This document shows, one piece after another, positions 52,104 through 63,665 of a stretch of DNA of 64,000 nucleotides. The position numbers and the translations under genes are program-made. The notes under the pieces are model-generated. The model made no database searches, was not told where the DNA came from, and saw only the letters and a list, made by a program, of their open reading frames with translations. The DNA comes from Eledone cirrhosa (Eukaryota), in NCBI GenBank assembly GCA_964016885.1, contig OZ024741.1, forward strand, positions 195,982,001 to 196,046,000, in the 5' to 3' direction. How positions within the stretch are numbered: the stretch's first letter is position 1; the number at the start of each line of letters is the position of its first letter.

Positions 52104-52400
52104 TATCATCATCATCATCATCATCATTTTAAGTCCACTTTTTCCATGCCTGCATGGGTTGGACAAGTCTATTCCTGCACAGCATCTCTCTATTCATTAC
52201 ATTCCATTGTCATCATCTCTATGGACTTCAGCAATTTGAGATCAGCTCTCACCACTGCTACCCAGGTCTTTCTTGATCTTCCTCTACTGCAGTTTCCTTC
52301 CACTGGGATTTCTTGGCATTTCTTCACCCAGTGATTATCATCCATGTGTGTTACATGTACATATCAGCACAGTCTTCTCTCTTGCACACTACATATCGTT
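52104..52400 (-). mobile_element. RTE 3' fragment related to 13866-14272
   Basis: (ATC)n tail followed by sequence similar to 13880-14150. Confidence 0.7.
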
Positions 52401-52499
52401 TCTCTTATACCCCACATTTTACCATCGATTTTTTTTTTTGTGACATATTTCTCAACTCATGTACAAGTATATACGGTAAATCTCAGTTACATAATATAA

Positions 52500-52807
52500 T
52501 CTATATATCTAAAACAGAGAATGTCTGTCTGTCAGCTCCCTAAAACTCGAGAACCACCCAACCGATTGTTTTCAAACTTTACACATGTTATATTTATGGT
52601 CCTGTGAGTGTTTTGAGAAAAAAGAATTTCAAATTTTCAATGCCCTAGGGACCGCATTAGGCGATTTAGCGTTCTCTCTCTATAATTCTTAGTCTTTTTT
52701 TTAGATAGATACATAGATATAACATTGCGCCCTTATAATATCTGGCTGTCTGCATTACGACATTATGACGCTGTGTGTGTGTATATATATATATGTATAT
52801 ATATATA

Positions 52808-52841
<34 letters not shown>

Positions 52842-53123
52842 TGTAACGTTTTTCGAAATATTTACTTCTGCGTTCACAGATTGATTTTTTTAGTTTCAGA
52901 AGATCCCGTTAAGGGTGAAAGCAGCGATTCTTTGCTTAAACTTTAATCTGTTATTTTAATATATATATATATAATTATATATGTGTGTACAGATATTTTT
53001 GCATACACAATAACAAAATATAAACAAACGTATTTATTTCATGAGGCTCGATAAAGATAACTATATATAAAATATATAAGAACCCTACAGAAAATCCCGA
53101 GCAACGCTGGGCCATTCTGCTAG
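52500..53123 (+). mobile_element. Non-autonomous Helitron
   Basis: A|TCTATATATCTAAAAC start, CCCGAGCAACGCTGGG hairpin and CTAG|T end. Confidence 0.78.
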
Positions 53124-54809
53124 TAATAAATAAAGAATACTTTAAAGTGTATTCCATTTAAAAGACATTAAGGTCTGGGATTTGACTGAAATTTGGATGG
53201 AGCACCTACATATAGACTCCTTTGTTGATTTGATGATTGTTTTGTTGTTGCTGTTCTTTAACCACAGGTCAGCCCCAATTAATGAGACATTTTGAGCCAT
53301 GTTCATCCTATTAGTTTGTATATACTTCATAGGATTATAATGGCCAATGTGTCATTCCTTTGTTTAAGATAGTATCATGTGATTTGAAGGAATATTTCTA
53401 GTGTAAAGATACGTCCATCCTTCTAGTAATTGCATTGAGCTCCATGATTTTAATGGCCAATGTGTTATTCCTCTTTTCAGATAATATTGTGTAATTTGGG
53501 GCAATATTTCTAGTGTAAAGGTACCTCAATCTTTCTAGTAATTGCATTGGGGTCCATGATTTTAAGTTGATTCTCTTGCTTAGCATAGATATAACATGCA
53601 TAAAGCTTCACTCATATATTATTATCATCATCATTTAACATCTATTTTTGGATGCTTGCATGGGTTATATATGTAGCAAAATCTCTTCACATTTTTCCAT
53701 GATGTTCACTTTTCTTTTGTTTGAATTGTTGTTGCCAGTTTGTCTGGAGAAAGCATCCCACGTTATCATTTACAGTTTATCAAAGATAAGACTTTCTTCA
53801 GAACATTCTACTCTCATTTATCAGAAAAGACAGACACCACACGGAGTTGCTCTAGCAGAGAGATGTCGCACTTAGCCAAACACTCCAGCCCTCTTGACAG
53901 GGTTGGCACCTCAAAAAAGGTTCGTTCAATGCATCTGGTCAGACTACTACCGCATTCATGCAAACCAGCCATACAAACATAACACACAATTCACTTGGTT
54001 TCTTCTTATTTTCCTGTGTTGTCAAATTAACTTTGACATAAATTATATTTCTTAATAAAAATTAATGAAGCACTGATGTTTGTTATTATTCACTGGTTAT
54101 TGCTAATGGTAGCTTCACTTTCAACTACTGACTATAGCAACGAATACAGCCACACATCTTGACTCACTGAGACACACACACTCAATTCATTTGTCAAAAG
54201 TCACAAACATTCCCACAGCGCTTATATGGAAGAGAGCAATTCATGGAATCACCCATCAAGCCAACAACATCAGCCAGGCCAAAGTGAACAATAATACCAA
54301 ACCCAAACCAACTCTTCACATCTATAATACTTACTATCTCTACAACTAAACAAAAACTTATCGCTAAATATATGTATATGTCTAAGCTTTGTATTTGTTA
54401 ATCAGGTGTGTGTATTTATTTGTTTTCATATGTATTGCCGAATGGTTAAGAAGTTCGCTTTGCAATCATTAAATCTGGATTCAATCTTGAGCAAATGTCA
54501 TTTACCATGGCTTCAAGTTGATCCGTGCCTTGTGAGTGAAATTGAGTAGATGGAAACTATTTGGAAGCCCATCAGATGGACTGTAACTCTAATTCAAAAG
54601 ATCAGCCTTGTCACTCAGTCACACTCAATCTTCCTGAGAATTACATTTAGGATACATGTCCATTTCATGAGCAGACTGTCCCATTGATAAAAAAAATGAG
54701 ACACTCATTGTCAAAACTAATTAAAGTCCATTCCATTTGTATGTGTGAGCATGTTTGTTTTCATGTGTGTTTGTGTATGTCTTTCATATTGTAGATAGGT
54801 GCATTTGAA

Positions 54810-55560
54810 ATGCCTCACAATGAAGATGTGTTGGTCATTGGTCTCATACCACTTTCCTTAGAATTTTCTCTTATTCAACTGGAGTATGGCACCAAACGCG
54901 GATATGAAGCAGTTGCCCATGCCATGGGGACATTCATGAGCTCCCCCTGGCTGTCCTCAAACACAATTTCAAGGTGTAGCAAGAGTTGCCTCCTTTGTTA
55001 TGACAATCACATCACCGCTCTCTAGACAGGAAGTAGCTAGAGTTACTTCCCGTTGGGGTGGCAGAACCCTTTTATAGGGTCTCAGGATGGAAGTGACAAA
55101 AAGGGTTCTGCCACCCCAACGGGAAGTAATTCCATCTACTTCCTATCTAGAAAGCGGTGATGTGATTGTCATAACAAGGGAGGCAACTCTTGCTACAAAG
55201 GTATCAGACATGATGTCATCCTCAGCTCCATGAAGGAGAGGGTTCCACAGCTCTATCATTTTGCTTGGAAGGCTTATCGAGTGCACTCCCATCTCTTCTT
55301 TGAGGAACACTGCATCTTTTACACCTCAGGAGTTCAATAAGGAGATGCTTTGGGGCCTAACCTATTTGCACTGGATATCAATGGCATTGCTAGGATGAGG
55401 TTCAATCTAGATTTGACTATCTGGTACCTTGACAATGCTTGTTTGGGGAACCTCAGATAGCATTCTATATACAGCAAAATTGATGATTGAGGAACTTAAT
55501 TGTATGTTCTCTTCAAGTTAACAGTTCTAAATTAAAACTTTGGATTTTTAATTATCCGAA
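54810..55560 (+). pseudogene. CRE-clade-like non-LTR RT remnant interrupted by a palindromic insertion
   Basis: QLEYGTKRGYEAVAHA before the insertion; SGVQ*GDALGPNLFAL and WYLD after it. Confidence 0.6.
54975..55197. mobile_element. 223-bp palindromic TGT...ACA element with 4-bp TSD AAGG
   Basis: Arms of ~98 bp are inverted copies of the TGTAGCAAGAG end of the 23591/57464 repeat. AAGG occurs at 54971-54974 and 55198-55201. Confidence 0.85.
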
Positions 55561-55589
55561 AGGGTTTATTTGGACTGTGTAACCCAATA

Positions 55590-56860
55590 CCAAGAAAATT
55601 TGGCAACAACTTCATATCAGCTTACTGAGTCACGTTTACAAGCTTTTCATGAGTATTATTGCAGCACAAGTGAAGTCAGACCTTTACGCCTCATTTCCTG
55701 AAATACAAGTTGCGTATCAACCTGGAAGAGGCACCATTGAGCAGATCCTAGCTATTGAACAAATCATTGAGAAATCAATAGAATTCAACAACCTTGTGCA
55801 TATCACCTTCATTGATTTCACAAAAGCTTTTGACAATGTGAAACTACCCAGCTTGTGGCAACTCTTAAACAAGACCGCAATTAACAAAAAATACATCAAC
55901 CTATTGAAAAAAACTTACACCAACTCAACAGCATATATCAAAACAGACTTGGGAACTACACGTTGTACAGACATCTTGAAGGGAGTTAAGCAGGGGGATG
56001 TACTGTTAGTACTTCTTTTCTGTATAGTTATAGCTGCACTTATCTACCAAACTGAAGAAGAATGCTCCTCTGGCTATCAAATAGGAGGTAAAATCTTATC
56101 AAATCTTAGCTATGCAGATGATCTGGCCATCATGAGTTACTCTAGAACTGATCTGCAAGACTTTTTGAATGTACTGGCCAAACATTCGCTGGAGGCTGGC
56201 TTACACATCAATATCTCCAAAACAAAATGTATGACAACTGATAAAAACGATGCCAATCTCCAAATCACAATCTACAACCAGCAAATAGCTCAAGTTACAG
56301 AGTTTGTATATCTCGGTCACAAACTATCCTCAAACAACAATGGAATGGTTGCTGCACAGTATTGCATTGCTCTAGGTTGAGCAGCTTTCAACAAGAACAA
56401 GGAAGTACTAACATCAAAATGAGTTTCCTATCATTTGAAGGCTAAGATCTTTGATACTTACATCCTACCAGTTGTGTTATATGGTCTTGACTGTGTTAAT
56501 TGGACAACAAGGTCACTTCAGAAGCTCTCTACATTCCAGAACCACATCATGAGACTTATGATCTGTATCAGTGCTCACCATTACCAAACTTAGACCAATT
56601 ACATCAATTGTCAAGTCAACAGTACTCAAACTATACGGCCATATAAAAAGATCAACTCATGGTGAGTAGGTTATGCCTGGAAAGAAGGTTGACTGGTAAG
56701 AGAAGCAGAGGCCAGCAGCCAAAACGATGGCTTGACAATGTCAATTCATGGACTGGACTTGATCTTTGCTCTTTGAACTCTGCTCCTGATGATCAAACTT
56801 TTGTGGAGAGAGATATCAGATGTTAATGCACAGTCTGCAACTGGCGGAGTTTAGCGTCAC
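55590..56860 (+). mobile_element. LINE (RTE-like) RT and C-terminal fragment of another family
   Basis: ORF 55649-56380: FIDFTKAFDNV, GVKQGDVL, LSYADDL, EFVYLG. Degenerate LYGHIKR and KRSRG..PKRWLDNV follow. Confidence 0.85.
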
Positions 56861-56962
56861 AATGAGGGTTGCATTTACTTTCATTTCAAAGCAGTTGACT
56901 TAAAATACATGGGGAAAATTTTAATTTCGAAATGTGAGTCCCAACGCAAATGACCAGAATAA

Positions 56963-57152
56963 TAATTGTTTCTACTTTTGGCACAAGGCCAGCAATTACC
57001 CAGTGCATTACTGGTACTTTATTTTATCGACCCCGTAAGGATGAAAGGCAAAGTAAACCTCAGCGGGATTTGAACTCAGAATGGCAAGGACCGTAACTCT
57101 ATGTGTCAAAGCATGGCATCCGACCCTCTACCGATACTGCCAATCCACCGCC
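56963..57152 (-). mobile_element. Full-length tRNA-derived Nin/Deu-like SINE
   Basis: Minus strand GGCGGTGGATTGGCAGTATCGGTAGAG...GAGTTCAAATCCCG...GCCTTTCATCCTTACGGGGTCGATAAAATAAAGTACCAG...(ATT)n. Confidence 0.78.
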
Positions 57153-57158
57153 AATTAA

Positions 57159-58097
57159 GGTAGATAGAAGTAAAAATCGAGGTTATTTTAATTTTGTTTC
57201 AGTATCACCATCTGAAACAAGTGAATAGCCAATATTCCATAGCTTACATATATTTAAATATATTCAACAATATTTTCTTATGAATAAATATAAATATTTC
57301 AGATGAAAATATAGAATCAAAACGAAAGTACCTACTAAGTATGTCATTCGGTTACAAATTACGCCAATGACCAGAATAATAATGTGCTCATTTGTGTTGG
57401 GACTAACACATTTCGAAATTTATAATATCTTATGTTTCTTATTCTTTTGGTCATTTGATGAACATATAAGAGAATACTAGGTTGTATGAACACAACAAGA
57501 CACTAGGTTGTGTGCATAAAGTTTAATTAACAAGTTGAAGTTATGTAGTATAGAATTGTTGACATGTCAAGAGTAGATGAAAGAATGAAGTAAAGTTATT
57601 TGTTACCGTTTTGAAGTTAGCTCGCAAGAGACCATGTTAGGGTTGCCAGAGAGTAGAGCCTGGGCGAACGCGCCTGGCCGAAGGGCCAGGCTAGAGTGAG
57701 ATCGCCTTGAGATATCCCTTTTATAGGGTCCCAGGACGGAAGTGACAAAAAGGGTTCTGCCACCCCAACGGAAAGTAACTCCAGCTACTTCCTGTCTAGA
57801 GAGCGGTGATGTGATTGTCATAACAAGGGAGGCAACTCTTGCTACATTATCCCCCGCCAGATTTTTAAAATATAAAAATCGAATGAACCATGTATGAAGT
57901 AAGAAGGCGAGCATGTAACACTAAAGTCCAGGCATGAAAATTACGCTTACGTTTCATGTGAAATATTTATGTAAGCAAGAAAATATTGTTGAATATATTT
58001 AAATATATGTAAGCTATGGAATATTGGCTATTCACTTGTTTCAGATGGTGATACTGAAACACAATTAAAATAACCTCGATTTTTACTTCTATCTACC
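57159..58097. mobile_element. Kolobok-like non-autonomous DNA transposon (~120-bp TIRs, TTAA TSD) carrying a solo-LTR-like insert
   Basis: TTAA|GGTAGATAGAAG...CTTCTATCTACC|TTAA, with near-perfect inverted arms at 57159-57279 and 57977-58097. Confidence 0.72.
57464..57846 (-). mobile_element. Second copy of the solo-LTR-like repeat
   Basis: Matches 23591-23948. The left boundary and TSD could not be resolved. Confidence 0.6.
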
Positions 58098-58138
58098 TTA
58101 AAATAGCAGTAGTTTTAAGAATCCGTAATAGATTGATG

Positions 58139-60055
58139 GGCACTACAACGCTTTTAGCTGTCAGTCGAAGCAGCCGATGAAAGCAGGCGAAGGCGACGTC
58201 ATTCGTCAAACATCGTTTATTTCCGTATTACTACCACGCGTAAGTGGAGTTAATTAAATGAAATTTTTTTTTTTATTAAAGCATATAGATGTAAGTGGAG
58301 TTACTTAAATGAAATTATTTTATTTTATTTTTTATTAAAGCATATAGATGTAAGTGGAGTTACTTAAATGAAATTATTTTATTTTATTTTTTATTAAAGC
58401 ATATAGATGTAAGTGGAGTTACTTAAATGAAATTTTTTTTTTTTTTTAATTAAAGCATATAGATGTAAGTGGAGTTACTTAAATGAAATTATTTTATTTT
58501 TTTTTAATTAAAGCATATAGATGTAAGTGGAGTTACTTAAATGAAAATATAGGTGGCCCTTAAAAGGGCCAAATTAGAAAACAAATTTAAGTTAATTAGA
58601 AAACAAGTCATGATCTGGTTATCAAATAAATTGGGGCATACGTCAAGACGGGCGGTCAGGAAAGTGAAAGTAATTTTTGACACTGAATTTGTTTGTTTGT
58701 TTTTTTTACAACAGGTCTCAATAATGAAAGTTACGATACACACGCAATTGTATGGATTTCTTAATATATATATATGTGTGGGTGTGTATATGTGTGTATA
58801 TATATGTGTGTCTGTATGTATATATATATGTGTGTTTGTATATATATATGTGTTTGTGTCATCATCATCGTTTAACGTCTATCTTCCACGCAAGCATGGG
58901 TTTCTGACCCAAATCGCTTATCATTCTCTGTCCTTCTTATGACCCGACCTTAATTTCTTTGGGGACAGAGAGTTTGGCGAGATGTACAAACACATATATA
59001 CACACAAACATATATATACGTCTAAACCCATGCTTGCGTGGAAGATAGACGTTAAACGATGATGATGACACAAACACATATATATATACAAACACACATA
59101 TATATACACACATATACACACCCACACATATATATAAAGAAATCCATACAATTGCATGTGTATCGTAACTTTCACTATTGAGACTTGTTGTAAAAAAAAA
59201 AAAAAAAAAGAACTCAGTGTCAAAAATTACTTTTACTTTCCTGACCGCCGGTCTTGACGTATGCCATAAATTGGATTTAATCATTTATATTTTCATAGTC
59301 ATGGTTATCAATGTAGAAAACAAGTCATTTTCACCAACAGTGGAGTTAACTTAAATGAAAATATAGGTGGCCCTTAAAAGGGCCAAATTGTTAATGGAAT
59401 TAACCATCGCGATCTTTCCATCGTTACCGCTACTACAGCAGATACCATCAATCTCCATGGGAACTGTCTCTTGTCTCCATGTGGACTGTCTCCATGCTTT
59501 TTGAATAAGGTTGGTGAAAAAAATTTGTTTTCTAAACATTTCTTCATAAAGGGTTGGTGAAAAAAATTTGATAACCATAAATTTGTTTTCTAATTTGGCC
59601 CTTTTAAGGGCCACCTATATTTTCATTTAAGTTAACTCCACTGTTGGTGAAAATGACTTGTTTTCTACACTGATAACCATGACTATGAAAATATAGTTCA
59701 TGGTATTAGCTGTCAGAAGTAACTCCACTGTTGGTGAAAATGACTTGTTTTCTACATTGATAACCATGACTATGAAAATATAAATGATTAAATCCAATTT
59801 ATTTGATAACGATGACTTGTTTTCTAATTAACTTAAATTTGTTTTCTAATTTGGCCCTTTTAAGGGCCACCTATATTTTCATTTAAGTAACTTCACTTAC
59901 ATCGATATGCTTTAATAAAAAAAAAAAAAAAAAAAAAAACGCGTGAAAAAAAAAAAATTCCATTTAAGTAACTTACGCGTGGTAGTAATACGGAAATAAA
60001 CGATGTTTTGCTTTCATCGGCTGCTTCGACTGACAGCTAATAGCGTTGTAGTGCC
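58139..60055. mobile_element. Foldback-type element with nested inverted repeats and subterminal ~60-bp tandem repeats
   Basis: Termini GGCACTACAACGC/GCGTTGTAGTGCC. Inverted pairs at ~58510-58633/59793-59915, ~58637-58900/59027-59265 and ~59265-59390/59593-59800. Five tandem units lie at 58240-58545. Confidence 0.7.
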
Positions 60056-60234
60056 GAATTGTATGAAAAATATAATAATACAATGGTTACAGAACGAAAA
60101 CAAACACATATACATTTACAAAGCAGGTTGTACATACATCTAGGACTACATACAACAAAAGAGAGGCGAAAGGAATGGTTAAGCGAACCGCTACCAGAGC
60201 AAAAGATAACAGTATCGCAAGGAACACTGGGAAA

Positions 60235-60425
60235 CCTCTCTAATGATTTTTGAGGCAAGCCAGCATGCTCGCAGCGTTACCTAGGGTATTGGTGAGGCTG
60301 ATGCGCTGGAACAACCAAGCGCCCTCATGAGCATCAGATACTTCGGTTAGGTGAGCCGCCAGTGAAGATAGGGGCCTTGCCCGACTCCCCCAAATGTCTC
60401 GAACACCACAGGCTGGAAAATGTAC
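60235..60425 (-). pseudogene. C-terminal restriction-like endonuclease remnant of a CRE-type non-LTR element
   Basis: IFQPVVFETFGG...AWLFQRISLTNTLGNAASMLA resembles the F.P...ET.G...QR.S.....GNA motif. Confidence 0.6.
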
Positions 60426-61109
60426 AAGATGCGTGCGAAACTACATCAATATTTCAATAAATGGAAAGTTATATTTGTTTTATGACACCAATGAAAATTC
60501 ACAATTATCTTAGAATTCAATTGAAAATACATTGCGCAGTAATTTAATTAGAAATATAGTATTGAATGGGTGAAGGTTTTTTAATTGGAAAATGGTAGGA
60601 TTTCATAAGAATCTTTAAAATGCCCTGATGGTGCGGTGGGCTATTAATCACCCGAGGTAATGCCGCGAACGTATTGGCTTGCCTCAGTGTTTCATTGACC
60701 GTTGTGATGTGCGGCCGGTTGCCGCACTTAGTGGTGAATTGATGGTCGCTTTCGTTTTTGTTTCTCCATTTTTCACCCCCACTCTCTCTCTCGCCCTGGT
60801 CATATATTTGGTACGTTGTTTTAATGCGGTTCCTAGTAACGGTTAATTGTATTTGTTATATGCATTTATATTTGTTTATCCCGCCGAGGTTAACTTTGCC
60901 TTTCATCCTTACGGGGTCGATAAAATAAAGTACCAGTAATGCACTGGGTAATTGCTGGCCTTGTGCCAAAAGTAGAAACAATTATATTTGTAATATTATT
61001 CTGAAAAAATTGTGAGCAATTTGTAATGTTATTTATACAACTGTGAATTTGTAGTTAGAGATAAAACTACAAACTTAACATAATATATATCGTCGGGGTC
61101 TTACTGGTT

Positions 61110-61175
<66 letters not shown>

Positions 61176-61177
<2 letters not shown>

Positions 61178-62074
61178 GAAGATGAGAGAATACTTGATCA
61201 AAGAGAGATTGAATGTTTCATGGTTTTACAAGAAAAAATAAATAAGGAGTAGTGAGAGCAAGGGAAAAATAAAAATAATAAAGAATAGGGAGAGATAACA
61301 AATGTAAGTGTAGATGGAGGAAGTAAGAGTAAGGAGGAAATAAAAGGAACAGCAACACACTTGAAAAAAGGTTGAGGAAGAATAATAATTGTTTCTACTT
61401 TTGGCACAAGGCCAGCAAATACCCAGTACATTACTGGTACTTTATTTTATCGACCCCGTAAGGATGAAAGGCAAAGTTAATCTCGAACTAGAGTTGAGGA
61501 AAGGCACATACGCACGCGCACACATACACACAATATAAGACGACATGTAAGTCTTATAAAGATTATAAGATGAACCCAATTTTAGCTGACCCTTTCTTGC
61601 AATAATATATATATATATATATATATACTACTGCTAAAATTGGGTTCATCTTATAATCTTTATAAGACTTACATGTCGTCTTATATTGTGTGTATGTGTG
61701 CGCGTGCGTATGTGCCTTTCCTCAAACAATTATTATTCTTCCTCAACTCCAGTTCAAATACCGCCGAGGTTAACTTTGCCTTTCATCCTTACGGGGTCGA
61801 TAAAATAAAGTACCAGTAATGTACTGGGTATTTGCTGGCCTTGTGCCAAAAGTAGAAACAATTATTATTCTTCCTCAACCTTTTTTCAAGTGTGTTGCTG
61901 TTCCTTTTATTTCCTCCTTACTCTTACTTCCTCCATCTACACTTACCTTTGTTATCTCTCCCTATTCTTTATTATTTTTATTTTTCCCTTGCTCTCACTA
62001 CTCCTTATTTATTTTTTCTTGTAAAACCATGAAACATTCAATCTCTCTTTAATCAAGTATTCTCTCATCTTCAT
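61176..62074. repeat. ~900-bp near-perfect inverted duplication centred on a (TA)n tract
   Basis: Outer arms ~61176-61485/61764-62074 (the two mirror ORF translations are identical) and inner arms 61494-61586/61633-61725. Confidence 0.93.
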
Positions 62075-62408
62075 CACTGCATACAATTTATACCCTTGCT
62101 TGAAATTAAAATAGAAGTTTTCATGTCATAAGATTTATCACCCTACTTAACTACTAGTGACAGGTAGCATATAAAACTGCAGACTGTAACTACACATGTA
62201 CTGAGGTCAATTCAATTGATTGTATCTTTATATTTCTTCTTCACAAATTGGTGGCATCTGTATAAGTTAGAAATTAATATCGATTTGTGACGATGTCAAT
62301 ATGATCTACCGATTACAGAGATGATCCAAGGGAAATAACTTGCAATACTCTCGCACATAACAAATCATATCAACACAGTAGAGCCTTGTTTCAACAACGT
62401 GTTCAAAT

Positions 62409-63665
62409 ATGCAGTGCAGATTTTTCCATCCCATATCGTTGTTTAGGTCAATCCAAACATTTTCTCCGCCCAGTTTCACTTCTCTCCGAAATCCTGTAAC
62501 TGTGACTACTCTACAACTAGTGAATTACCAGTCGACGGCTACCGAAAAGAAACTTTTTACTCCAGGTCCTCTAAACACTACATCGACAGTGCGTGAGGCA
62601 ATGTTAAAAGATCTAGGTTCGCGAGATATTCAGTTTATCCAGTGTGTGAAAAATATTCGGCAGAAAATTCTGGACATCGCAGAAGTTAGCAATCTTGAGT
62701 ATACGTCGATACCAGTTCAAGGTAGTGGAACATACGCTGTCGAAGCCGTCCTTCAATCAACAGTTCCTCGGGGCGATGGTAATGTTCTTATTTTGGAAAA
62801 CGGTGCCTATGGTAAACGTATTGCAAAAATCTGTGAAATTGCAGGCATTTCAAAACACGTATTGAGTTTCCCTGAAAACTCTGCTGTAGATGTTAATGTT
62901 GTTGAAGATATTTTGAAAAATGATTCTACATTTACTCATGTTGCTATAGTTCACTGTGAGACAAGTTCTGGAGTTTTCAACCCTGTCGTGGATATTGGTA
63001 AGATTCTCCAAAAATATTTAAACAATTTTACTTATTTTGTGGATGCAATGAGTAGTTTTGGAGCAGTTCCGCTTGATTTCGCTGCCGGCAACATCGACTT
63101 CATGGTTAGTTCAGCGAATAAATGTTTACAAGGTGTTCCTGGATTCTCTTACGTGGTTGCGAGGACTAGCAAGCTACTAGAATGTCGTGGTTATTCCCGC
63201 TGTCTTACCCTGGATCTTTATGATCAATATGAGAACCTGGAAAAAACAGGTCAGTTTCGGTTTACCCCTCCAACACATACGATGTTAGCATTTCAGCAAG
63301 CTATCGTGGAATATGAGCAAGAAGGGAGCTTAAAGGGAAGGTCTGATAGATATATGGAAAATCGATCTATTTTGGGAAAAGGTATGAAAACACTTGGTTT
63401 CAAAGAGTTACTGGCTGATCCAAACCAACCTAGTTATATTATAACTTCATTTTACTTTCCCAGCGATTCACATTTTGATTTTACTACGTTCTACAACAAA
63501 TTAAACGATTTAGATTTTGTTATATACCCTGGCAAAGTACTGGAAGCAGGCTGCTTTCGAATTGGAACAATAGGTGAAGTTTACCCATCAGATATTAAGG
63601 GTCTATTAAAAGCTATCGAAAGAGTTTGCCTCGAAATGAATATGACACTCCCACTGAACGGTTAA
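62409..63665 (+). CDS. phnW: 2-aminoethylphosphonate-pyruvate transaminase (AEPT, class V PLP enzyme), intronless, with a putative mitochondrial presequence
   Basis: 418-aa ATG-to-TAA ORF. Motifs: LFTPGPLNT, DLGSRD, QGSGTYAVEA, NGAYGKRI, VHCETSSG, VDAMSSFGA, PLP-lysine SSANKCLQGVPG, GQFRFTPPTH and IYPGKV...FRIGTIG. Confidence 0.95.
   Translation: MQCRFFHPISLFRSIQTFSPPSFTSLRNPVTVTTLQLVNYQSTATEKKLFTPGPLNTTSTVREAMLKDLGSRDIQFIQCVKNIRQKILDIAEVSNLEYTSIPVQGSGTYAVEAVLQSTVPRGDGNVLILENGAYGKRIAKICEIAGISKHVLSFPENSAVDVNVVEDILKNDSTFTHVAIVHCETSSGVFNPVVDIGKILQKYLNNFTYFVDAMSSFGAVPLDFAAGNIDFMVSSANKCLQGVPGFSYVVARTSKLLECRGYSRCLTLDLYDQYENLEKTGQFRFTPPTHTMLAFQQAIVEYEQEGSLKGRSDRYMENRSILGKGMKTLGFKELLADPNQPSYIITSFYFPSDSHFDFTTFYNKLNDLDFVIYPGKVLEAGCFRIGTIGEVYPSDIKGLLKAIERVCLEMNMTLPLNG

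Noticed and set aside
61198-62052. Two identical 77-aa ORFs on opposite strands
   Set aside because: A by-product of the inverted duplication, made of SINE tail plus low-complexity sequence.
62409-63665. Bacterial contamination as the source of phnW
   Set aside because: The gene is contiguous with host SINEs and (TA)n, has AT-rich codon use and a eukaryote-style N-terminal extension, and has no operon neighbours within the window. Ancient HGT is not excluded.
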